DNA from: Longimicrobiales bacterium
GTDB lineage: Bacteria; Gemmatimonadota; Gemmatimonadetes; Longimicrobiales; Gaopeijiaceae
Length of the DNA stretch: 64,000 bases
Direction: 5' to 3'
Assembly (NCBI GenBank): GCA_965249725.1
Contig: OZ252251.1
Location: 192,001-256,000 of the forward strand
Shown: positions 50,124 to 57,977 of the stretch, piece by piece
Layout of the letters: the number at the start of each line of letters is the position of its first letter
How positions within the stretch are numbered: the stretch's first letter is position 1
Notes under the pieces: generated by a model
The model's database searches: none
Told to the model about the DNA's origin: nothing
What the model saw: the letters and a program-made list of their open reading frames with translations, nothing else
Position numbers and translations under genes: made by a program

Positions 50124-51050
50124 TTAGTCAGGCGACTTCGCGGACTCCTCAAGCTCTGCAGGCTTCGTGGGCAGCGTGAGCTTTGCTTTTCTCGCCAATG
50201 CCTGTAAGGCCTGGCCTGCTTCGTACACGATGCCTGCAAGCTGGAACGCAACTCGTGGCCCCAGGTGGCGAGCGTGCTGTGCGTGCCCTAGTCTGGAGAT
50301 CGAATCGATGAATACCCGCCCCTTTCGAATCGTCTCCATTGCAGCCTCATCGGCCGCTCGTTTTGCACGCTCCTGGGCGTCATATCCGTAATCCACCTTG
50401 GCTTGGCGGACATCCTTACGGATCTCTGACGCGGCACGGTCCGCGCTGATTCGATCCGTCCTAAACTCACTACGCACACGCTTGAGCTTTCTGGTCAGCT
50501 CTAAGGCCTGATCGGAAGAGATCAGCCCTTTCTCTTCGGCCTGGTTAATTTCCGCTTCACCACGTGCAGGATCGGTCACAAACGCAGCTCGCTGATAGGT
50601 CGTTGCGCTCATCCCGGCTGCTGCTGCTGCCAACCTCCTCGGCTTTAGGTCTTCTGGAGTGGTGGGCGCCTTTCCATGTTGCGTCGCTAGACCAACCAGG
50701 TCATCCTGCGTGACTTCCCCTCGGTCCAGAAGATCGTGGTAAGCGTCGGCCTCCTTCTGGCGGACAAACATTGACTTCACCGAGCGATAGGCGTTGGCGA
50801 GCAAGATGTGGCGCCTTATATCCTCTTTGTCTGTTTCACCAACTACCCGCACCTCGATGTCTGTCCAACCAAGTCTCTTCGCAGCAGTCCATCGCCTCGC
50901 ACCTGAAAGGATTTGGTCATGCTGGTCGATCTCAATTGGGTATTTCAACCCGAACTGCTCTAGGCTCTCAGCCAGTCCATTATCAGGCTGACCGTAAACC
51001 TCGGTGTTGAAAGGGTGAACGCGCAGTTGTTTCACGGACCGAACTGGCAT
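50124..51050 (-). CDS. ParB/Srx N-terminal-domain protein (IS cargo)
   Basis: LRVHPFN..VYG, LAESL..FGL.YPI.ID...ILSGARRW.AAK.LG; HTH-like AAAAGMSATTYQRA. Confidence 0.8.
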   Translation of the reverse strand: MPVRSVKQLRVHPFNTEVYGQPDNGLAESLEQFGLKYPIEIDQHDQILSGARRWTAAKRLGWTDIEVRVVGETDKEDIRRHILLANAYRSVKSMFVRQKEADAYHDLLDRGEVTQDDLVGLATQHGKAPTTPEDLKPRRLAAAAAGMSATTYQRAAFVTDPARGEAEINQAEEKGLISSDQALELTRKLKRVRSEFRTDRISADRAASEIRKDVRQAKVDYGYDAQERAKRAADEAAMETIRKGRVFIDSISRLGHAQHARHLGPRVAFQLAGIVYEAGQALQALARKAKLTLPTKPAELEESAKSPD

Positions 51051-51167
51051 CAGTGATTTCCGTCATGTTGAGGGGAATCATTGGAGTGTGGAACATAAAT
51101 CTAAAAACGATGCGGGGGGACCGCAACGGTCCCCCCCAAGTCGTTGTACCATATAGCATTCCCCCCC

Positions 51168-51196
51168 TTGACAATGCTTGAGCACTTGACTAGTTT
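51168..51196 (+). promoter_or_regulatory. Putative transposase promoter (TTGACA-N17-TAGTTT), likely leaderless
   Basis: Perfect -35, TAnnnT -10 ending 5 nt before ATG 51202, no SD sequence. Confidence 0.55.
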
Positions 51197-51201
51197 CCAT
51201 C

Positions 51202-52067
51202 ATGAACAGACTCTCAGACGCCAAGCGCGCAGCAATCCTCCGGTGCCTAACCGAAGGCAATTCCATCCGGTCCACGGCCCGCATTACGGGCACCGTGAAA
51301 GCCACCGTCCTAAAGCTGTTGGTCGAGGCAGGCGAGTTCTGCTCGAACTATCAGGACCAGGTTTTGCGGGATCTGGACTGCAAGCGCATCGAAGCCGACG
51401 AAATTTGGGCCTTCATTGGAGCCAAGCAGAGGAACGCGAAGAAGGCCGGGGACGGCGACATTTGGACGTTCACCGCCATTGATCCCGATTCCAAGTTGAT
51501 GGTCGCGTGGTTCGTTGGTGACAGAAGCCCCGAGAGCGCCACCATGTTCATGGGGGATCTGGCGTCACGGGTCTCAGGGAAGATCCAGCTAACGACGGAC
51601 GGCCACGGGATGTACCTGACCGCCGTTCGTGCGGCCTTCGACTTCCGCAACATCGACTACGCTCAGGTGGTGAAGCAATTCGGCCAGCCGGGCTCCACCG
51701 AGGAACAACGGCGCTACTCACCAGCGACACGCACTGGAGCCAAGAAAATCAGGAAGATCGGAAACCCCAACCCGGACCTGATCTCAACATCCATATCGTG
51801 GAGCGCAGCAACCTCCAGCTTCGGATGTCTTCGCGACGCTTCACCCGTTTGACGAGCGGATTCAGCCGGAAGGCCGAGAATCATGCGCACGCGGTCAGCC
51901 TCACCTTCATGGCGTACAATTTCTGCACGCCTCACGGAACGCTCACAAAGGGGCGTGGTGGCCTCAAGACCACTCCAGCGATGGCCGCTGGCATTACTAA
52001 TCGTCCGTGGCATATCGAGGACATCCTGGCCCTTATGGAATCCTACCGCGTTGGAAATTCAAAATGA
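51202..52067 (+). pseudogene. IS1-family DDE transposase, frameshifted near 51795
   Basis: HTH EGNSIRSTARITG, IEADEIW, WTFTAID, LTTDG, ISTS / VERSNL..R...RRFTRLT.GFS.K.ENH, YNF, TPAMAAG; stop lies inside the right IR. Confidence 0.9.
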
Positions 52068-52076
52068 CCCACTACC

Positions 52077-52197
52077 CGACGGTGAAGACGGGGCGGTGGT
52101 GTTGTGTCTGTACAGGGATGCCCAGCTCGGCGAGCCGCCGAAAGACGTCGTCCGGTGTCGCCGGTGGCGATCCGTCGATGAGTCGGCCGGGTTCCAT
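52077..52197 (-). pseudogene. ProX/PrdX editing gene, 5' part (40 codons)
   Basis: MEPGR...PATPDDVFRRLAELGI...HHRPVFTV joins in frame to the 48612-49025 part once the IS and one TSD copy are removed. Confidence 0.9.
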
Positions 52198-52283
52198 CAG
52201 TTGCTCGCCCCTCTCATGGCACTGCCCCGGTACCCGGTGGATCACTAGATTGATGCCTCATCGATTCACCCGCGGAGAAGCAC

Positions 52284-52484
52284 GTGTCCATCGTATCCTT
52301 CCATCGAATCCTCATCGCGGTGGCGATCCTCTTTTGTGCCGGCTACGGCGGGTATGAACTCGTGGGCTTCTCCAGAGAAGGCGGCACTGGAGCCCTGGTG
52401 CTCGGGGGCGTCTTTCTGATTCTCGCCGTAGCTCTCTCATACTACCTCTGGCGCCTCAACCGCTTTCTTGGCTACGAGGAATAG
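52284..52484 (+). CDS. Small two-TM hypothetical protein
   Basis: GGAG RBS, FHRILI motif, two hydrophobic helices. Confidence 0.65.
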   Translation: MSIVSFHRILIAVAILFCAGYGGYELVGFSREGGTGALVLGGVFLILAVALSYYLWRLNRFLGYEE

Positions 52485-52487
52485 GCG

Positions 52488-55400
52488 TCACTCGTCATTT
52501 CCGCCGGGCGGCGGAGGTGGCGTCGACTCCTCGGGCTTAGGCGCCCCGGCCGGCGTCCGCTCCCAGTAGAATGGCATCCGCTCTCGGGGACGGTTCCCGA
52601 TCTCATTCATGTCCTCGTCAAAGAGTCGCCCGTTGACCATGACCATGTTCACGGATTCGGAGTTTCGGATCGAATCCACCGGGTTCTCGTTCAAGACGAC
52701 CAGATCGGCCAACTTGCCGACCTCGAGCGAGCCGACGTCGCCGTCCAGGCCGAGATAGCGGGCCCCGTTCAGCGTACCCACTCGTAGCGCCTCCACCTCG
52801 GTCATTCCGCCCTGCACGAACATCCAGAGCTCCCAATGTGCCCCAAGACCCTGCATCTGCCCGTGGGCGCCCAACGTGACCAATCCACCCGCGTCTTGGA
52901 TGGCCTTGGCCCCTCGGGCGATGGCGACATGGTTGAAGTCGTCGTCTCCGGCCGCCATGACCCGCCGACGCGAGCGTGGGTCGACCACGTCGCGGGGGAC
53001 GAAGCGGAGCAGCCGCTCATTCGCCCAGACGTTGGTGCGCTCGTACCAGTAGTTCTCTCCTGTGAGCCCCCCGTAGCCGACGACCAGGGTGGGCGTGTAC
53101 CCGGTGGAGCTCTGTCCGAAGAGTTGGGCCAGATCGTCGTAGACCACCGGCACCGGTAGGGAATGCTCCACTCCGGTGTGGCCGTCGAGGACCATGGTCA
53201 TGTTGTTATAGACCAGCGATCCGCCTTCGGGCACGACCATCATCTCGAGCTGGCGGCCCGCCTTGATGATCCGCTGCCGAGCGTCGCGTCGCCGCTGGTT
53301 GTAGCTCTTCACGCTGAATGCGCCGACAGCCTTCATGCGAGCCACATGCCGCGAGGCGTCCTCGCCACTGGTGACCAACGCTCTGCCCGCCGTCTCCGCC
53401 CCGTACAGGATGGCGCCCGTCGAGAAGAGGCGCGGCCCGACCTTCTCGCCGGCCCTGATCATCTCCGAATTGGTGAACACGGTGGCGGTGTTGCTCGAGG
53501 GGTCGTGCGACGTCGTGACCCCGTAAGCGAGGTTCGCCAGGAAGGACCAGTTGGTCTCCGCGGTTATCCCGCCTGAGGCCCCCCGCACGTGGGCGTGCAC
53601 GTCGACGATTCCCGGTATGATCGTCTTGCCCGTGACGTCCACCCGGAGGGCGTCCGTGGGCACGGCGACTCTGTTGGTGGGGCCCAGGGCCGTGATCCGA
53701 TTACCGGTCACGACGATGGTGCCCCTCTCGATCACTCCGCCATCCTCTCCCGAATCGGCTCCGAGTGGGATGATGCGTGCGTCGACCAGGGCGACCACAC
53801 CCGACGGGACATCACTGGCGAGGGAGAACCCGATTTCGAGGCCGCCGCCCTCGGGATCGGCCGGCCCACCGGAGCCGCCGCGCACGAAGGTGAACGTCTC
53901 CCTGAGGTCCCGTGTGAAGTACTCGGGCCCCAGGCTCCAGTGGAGAGATCGTCCATCCCCCGACCAGTGCAGGTAGTCCCCCGTGTTCTCGGACACCTGG
54001 GCTACGGGAAAACCCTCTTGGCCGGGGCCGAGCGTGACCGTTCGTCCGGAGCGGGGGAAGGTCGCAAGGTAGGTGCGGAACCGCTCCGTGAACGCGACCC
54101 AGTTCCCGTCGGGCGACGGGATGATCTGCGTGGCGTTGTCCGACCTGAAGTGGACCACCTCGTCCCCGCCGTGAACGTCGACACTGAGGAGTACCCGGTC
54201 TCCATTCGCCGTGTCGTTGAGGAAGATTCGCTCCCCCGTGGGATCGAACATGGGCCTGGTTCCGCTCCGACGGACTCGGCGGGGTTCCTCCGACCCATCG
54301 ACCGGGACGATGAAAATGCCCGGATTCTCGCCATGCGTCGGGCCGCGGACCTGGTCTCCTCCGGTGGACCGGTACACCAGCCAGAGGCCGTCGGGCGAGA
54401 AGGAGGGCTCGGTGTAGTGGCCGGGGGTCGTCACGGCGTCTCGCCCCCCACTCCCGTCCGAACGCACGACCCTGACGCGGCCCTTGTCTGCATCGGTCCA
54501 GGTGGCGTAGGCGATCCACTCGTCGTCGGGTGAGAACGAAGGAGCGAATTCGATCGCGTCGGCTCGTGTCAGCCGCCGGGGAGTCTCCAGGGGCAGCTCC
54601 TTGAGGTATAACTTGCCGATCGCCGAATAGGCCACGGACCGACCGCCCGGAGAGGTGGTGACGTCGCGCAGCATGCGCACGTCGAAGTTCTCGGGAGCGA
54701 CCTCTTGCTGGAATCGAAGTCCCTGGTGGACGGTCTGATCCACCTGGGCGGTGAACGGAATGATGTTGGCCTCGCCGGTGGACGTATCCACCCGCCAGAT
54801 CTTGCCCTGCCCCCAGATGACGATCGCGCTTCCGTCGGGCGTCCAGTCGTACTGGGTGTAGACGCCATGGATCGCCCAGGCCTCCTGCATGTCGCGGTCG
54901 AGCCCGTCGAAGAGTGGCCACTCCTCTCCTGTCTCGAGGTCGTGCAGGAACAACACGGACTGGAGGCGGACCCGTTTGATGAAGGCCAGCTTGGTGCCGT
55001 CGGGCGAGGGCCTCGGGGTGATGGACCCTCCGGGCCGGCGCGCCACGGCCCTCTCCTCGCCCGTGGTGAGGTCACGGCGGTAGATGGAGTAGATGTTCTG
55101 GTAGACGTTCTTGTCGTACTGGAAGAGCTGGCCCGGGTAGACATTGCGGCTGTAGTAGAGGAAGCGCCCATCCGCCGAGGCGACCGGCTCTCCCTGGTCC
55201 TTCTGCCACCCGTCCCGCTCGGTCACCTGCAGGCCCGCTCCTCCGCTCACGTGGTACATCCACACTTCACCGGCTCCGAGTGACCGCGTGTCGACGAAGT
55301 GTTTTCGGACGTAGACGTACTGACCGTCCGCGCTCCACGCGGGGCTGTTCACCTCCCGATCCCCCTCTTCGGACACCTGGCGGGGGTTCGATCCGTCCGG

Positions 55401-55796
55401 ATCAATGAGCCACATGTTGAAGTTGCCGTCCCGATCGCTGATGAACGCGATGCTCGATCCATCGGGACTGAAGCGGGGCTGCATATCGAACGCCTGTCCC
55501 GACGAAATGCGCGTAGACAGGCCGCCCGTAATCGGCATGACGTAGAGATCGCCGAGCAGGTCGAACACCAGCGACCGGCCATCCGGGCTGACGTCGACGT
55601 TCATCCAGGTCCCCTCGTCCGTCTCGAACGAGACCTGGGTCGCGGGGCCCAGGGACTGGTCGACGTTCCAGGGGACCTGCTCGGCAGGGGCTGCAGTCGC
55701 GGCGCCTGCCACTGTGGCGTCTTGGGCCGAGATCGACCCTGCCGCCGGGAGGGCCACAAGCGTGGTGGCGATCAAGATCGACATCGACTGGGTCAT
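52488..55796 (-). CDS. Secreted TolB-propeller / amidohydrolase fusion protein
   Basis: Signal peptide; EGTWMNVDVSPDG and PD40 repeats; PGIVDVHAH, GVEHS, GAHGQ, GKLADLVVL; AGAGGA RBS. Confidence 0.9.
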   Translation of the reverse strand: MTQSMSILIATTLVALPAAGSISAQDATVAGAATAAPAEQVPWNVDQSLGPATQVSFETDEGTWMNVDVSPDGRSLVFDLLGDLYVMPITGGLSTRISSGQAFDMQPRFSPDGSSIAFISDRDGNFNMWLIDPDGSNPRQVSEEGDREVNSPAWSADGQYVYVRKHFVDTRSLGAGEVWMYHVSGGAGLQVTERDGWQKDQGEPVASADGRFLYYSRNVYPGQLFQYDKNVYQNIYSIYRRDLTTGEERAVARRPGGSITPRPSPDGTKLAFIKRVRLQSVLFLHDLETGEEWPLFDGLDRDMQEAWAIHGVYTQYDWTPDGSAIVIWGQGKIWRVDTSTGEANIIPFTAQVDQTVHQGLRFQQEVAPENFDVRMLRDVTTSPGGRSVAYSAIGKLYLKELPLETPRRLTRADAIEFAPSFSPDDEWIAYATWTDADKGRVRVVRSDGSGGRDAVTTPGHYTEPSFSPDGLWLVYRSTGGDQVRGPTHGENPGIFIVPVDGSEEPRRVRRSGTRPMFDPTGERIFLNDTANGDRVLLSVDVHGGDEVVHFRSDNATQIIPSPDGNWVAFTERFRTYLATFPRSGRTVTLGPGQEGFPVAQVSENTGDYLHWSGDGRSLHWSLGPEYFTRDLRETFTFVRGGSGGPADPEGGGLEIGFSLASDVPSGVVALVDARIIPLGADSGEDGGVIERGTIVVTGNRITALGPTNRVAVPTDALRVDVTGKTIIPGIVDVHAHVRGASGGITAETNWSFLANLAYGVTTSHDPSSNTATVFTNSEMIRAGEKVGPRLFSTGAILYGAETAGRALVTSGEDASRHVARMKAVGAFSVKSYNQRRRDARQRIIKAGRQLEMMVVPEGGSLVYNNMTMVLDGHTGVEHSLPVPVVYDDLAQLFGQSSTGYTPTLVVGYGGLTGENYWYERTNVWANERLLRFVPRDVVDPRSRRRVMAAGDDDFNHVAIARGAKAIQDAGGLVTLGAHGQMQGLGAHWELWMFVQGGMTEVEALRVGTLNGARYLGLDGDVGSLEVGKLADLVVLNENPVDSIRNSESVNMVMVNGRLFDEDMNEIGNRPRERMPFYWERTPAGAPKPEESTPPPPPGGNDE

Positions 55797-55868
55797 GATA
55801 TCCTCTGCAAGCCCACAGGGAGCACTTTCATTGACGTTCGCGCAATTGTAACCCACTCCGAAGGTACC

Positions 55869-55898
55869 AAAAACGCCCCGGGCGAGTGCCCGGGGCGT
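55869..55898 (-). terminator. Intrinsic terminator of the second oxidase operon
   Basis: On the minus strand: ACGCCCCGGGC-ACTC-GCCCGGGGCGT followed by TTTT. Confidence 0.75.
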
Positions 55899-55925
55899 AG
55901 GAGTCTCTCGGCACGCTCGATCGTG

Positions 55926-56888
55926 CTAGTCCGTCTTGTCCAACGGTCTCTCCGAAAGGACTTTCCGGAGCTTCGGGTGCTTGATCCACAGGTACCATCC
56001 CATGGAGACCGACGCCAACAGATTCCCGACTGCGATCGCCCACCATGCGAGGGGTCCGAGTAGGAACTCGGCTGCCAGCGCCATAAGCCCCATGAAGAAC
56101 GCCTCGAAGGCCACGAAGAGCATCACCCCGGCCAGGATCAGAGGCGGTGTGTCCTCGGCGTAGCAGGCGATGACGGCCGCCACGAAGCCCGTTCCGATAA
56201 AGGCGCCGAAATGAACGATGCTGTAGCCCAGCACGGTGGCGCTCGACACGTTCACGGCACTCAGGTCGGTGGACCCTAGGAAGAGCGCGGAGCCCAAGGC
56301 TCCCGGTGTGAAGAACGGCTGCCCTCGCCCCATATCGATGATCAGGAACCAAATGGCGACGACCCCGGCTCCGATGAGCCCCGAGACCAACCCCTCCTTG
56401 ATGATCCGGTGCTGTCCCAGAACGGACCACCAGGACACCGGCGGCGTCGCTCCGGTCAGGTGGAGGAAGCCCATCAGGACGACCCCTGCGATGAGATTGC
56501 CGGCCAGTACCGCGGGCCAGCCGAGCTCTCCGACCACATCCACCCCAGTGATCGACACGCTCGTGTAGAAGACCATGTCGAACAGGGCGAATCCGAGAAC
56601 CAGCCCGAGAAAGACGTTGGGGGCCGTGTAGATCTTCGACAGTGTCCACGACACCAGAAGCCCTACCCCGATGAACGCCGCGTAGTGGATGAACGTGTAG
56701 AGAAGGACCGGCCCCAGGCTGCTGCCGATGTCACCGGTACCGAGGAGGGCGCCGGCCAGGAACGCGGGCGTCCGGAACGGCTCCCCCTGCGAGCCGTCGA
56801 TGACCAAGAACCAGAAGGCGAGGGCCGTGGCGCCGAGGAGTCCGGCCACGACCCCCCGGGGGATCACACCCTTGAATCGCGGCGTCAT
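55926..56888 (-). CDS. Polytopic membrane protein with internal duplication
   Basis: Two homologous halves (G...GL.GA...A.WFL.ID...G.PF.TP..L..AL). Confidence 0.8.
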   Translation of the reverse strand: MTPRFKGVIPRGVVAGLLGATALAFWFLVIDGSQGEPFRTPAFLAGALLGTGDIGSSLGPVLLYTFIHYAAFIGVGLLVSWTLSKIYTAPNVFLGLVLGFALFDMVFYTSVSITGVDVVGELGWPAVLAGNLIAGVVLMGFLHLTGATPPVSWWSVLGQHRIIKEGLVSGLIGAGVVAIWFLIIDMGRGQPFFTPGALGSALFLGSTDLSAVNVSSATVLGYSIVHFGAFIGTGFVAAVIACYAEDTPPLILAGVMLFVAFEAFFMGLMALAAEFLLGPLAWWAIAVGNLLASVSMGWYLWIKHPKLRKVLSERPLDKTD

Positions 56889-57040
56889 GGCGTCTTGCTC
56901 GGCGGAGACGATTCGGCCAGCAGGCGGTCCTTCTTGAACTCCTTGTAGAAGAAGACGAAGAACGCCACGCCCACGGAGACGGGCACGACGGCCATCAGCA
57001 AGCCGCCTAGGAACATCCCGAGTCGCAGTCCCTCGTTCAA
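56885..57040 (-). CDS. Small single-TM protein (51 aa), absent from the ORF track
   Basis: TTG start 2 nt after subunit IV stop, GGAG RBS, ATGA overlap with next gene; MNEGLRLGMFLGGLLMAVVPVSVGVAFFVFFYKEFKK... Confidence 0.7.
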   Translation of the reverse strand: MNEGLRLGMFLGGLLMAVVPVSVGVAFFVFFYKEFKKDRLLAESSPPSKTP

Positions 57041-57041
57041 T

Positions 57042-57308
57042 CTAGAACTCCGTTATGACGGCCAGGACCAGGATTGCGGCCAGCGGAAGCGGTGAAACCG
57101 CCAACACCCAAAGGCGCCGAGGCTCGTAGCGGAGATGCATGTAGTACATGGCCACCAGCACGGCCTTCCAAAGGGCCATGATGATCAATCCCGAGGCCAA
57201 CCAGAGCTTGGGCAGGTCCATGAAGGCGTACCCGACCTCGCCCAAGGTCAGCACGAGGAGGACGAACCAGATCAGGACATAACGCGGCGGTTCAGCATGC
57301 TCTGACAT
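57042..57308 (-). CDS. Cytochrome c oxidase subunit IV family protein
   Basis: Y..IW..LLVLT..EV, KAVLVAMYYMHLRYE; GGAGGA RBS. Confidence 0.85.
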   Translation of the reverse strand: MSEHAEPPRYVLIWFVLLVLTLGEVGYAFMDLPKLWLASGLIIMALWKAVLVAMYYMHLRYEPRRLWVLAVSPLPLAAILVLAVITEF

Positions 57309-57317
57309 TATTCCTCC

Positions 57318-57974
57318 TCAGATCAGGTAGACGATGGTGAAGAGAATGATCCACACCAAGTCCACGAAGTGCCAATAGAGACCTATCACCTCGACGCCCT
57401 GATGATCCTCCTTGGTATATCCTCCACGGAGCGCTTTTACATATACGAAAATCAGGGCGAGTACGCCAAGGGTGACGTGTGCGCCGTGAAAGCCCGTCAT
57501 GGCGTAGAAGGTCGCCCCGTACAGGGGCCCACCGAGCGACGGACCCTCGTGCGGGTTACCGCGGCCCACGGCGTGGTAGGCGTCCACCGCGGGAAGGAAT
57601 CCCTCGCCGGATAGCGCGAGGTACTCGATGGCCTGGATCCCTACGAAAGACGCCCCGATGATGATCGTCGCCAATAGCCAGAGCTTGAGACCCTTCTGGT
57701 CTCCGTGCTCAACGGCCGCGAACGCCTTCACCATCGTCACCGAGGAACAGATCAGGAAGAAGGTGTTCAAGGCGGTGAGGGGCACGTTAAGCACGACTCC
57801 CGGGTCCGCCCAATGCTCGGGATGTGCGAAGCGCAGGATGATGTACGACCCGATCAGCGAAGTGAAGAACATCACCTCGCTGAGCAGGAACACCCACATG
57901 CCCAGTTTCTTGTTGTAGACCTTCATGCCGGGCATGGGCCTACGGTCCATCGTCGCGGTTGCAGCGTGGCTCAC
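57318..57974 (-). CDS. coxC: Cytochrome c oxidase subunit III
   Basis: KLGMWVFLLSEVMFF, TGFHGAHV, GLYWHFVDLVW. Confidence 0.93.
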   Translation of the reverse strand: MSHAATATMDRRPMPGMKVYNKKLGMWVFLLSEVMFFTSLIGSYIILRFAHPEHWADPGVVLNVPLTALNTFFLICSSVTMVKAFAAVEHGDQKGLKLWLLATIIIGASFVGIQAIEYLALSGEGFLPAVDAYHAVGRGNPHEGPSLGGPLYGATFYAMTGFHGAHVTLGVLALIFVYVKALRGGYTKEDHQGVEVIGLYWHFVDLVWIILFTIVYLI

Positions 57975-57977
57975 AGG

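Larger units (their letters stand above)
49033..52076 (+). mobile_element. IS1-family element with passenger genes, 3,044 bp
   Basis: Perfect 21-bp IRs GGTAGTGGGTCATTTTGAATT (49033-49053 and 52056-52076); 8-bp direct repeat CGACGGTG at 49025-49032 and 52077-52084; DDE transposase; visibly more AT-rich. Confidence 0.95.

Noticed and set aside
50124..51050. Plasmid or prophage partition locus
   Set aside because: No ParA, Rep, integrase or phage genes; the gene lies inside IS inverted repeats
51762..51800. Programmed -1 frameshift in the transposase (A-AAC-CCC)
   Set aside because: Family-like residues (GNPNPDLISTS) continue in the original frame past this heptamer, so the shift occurs later at a non-slippery site
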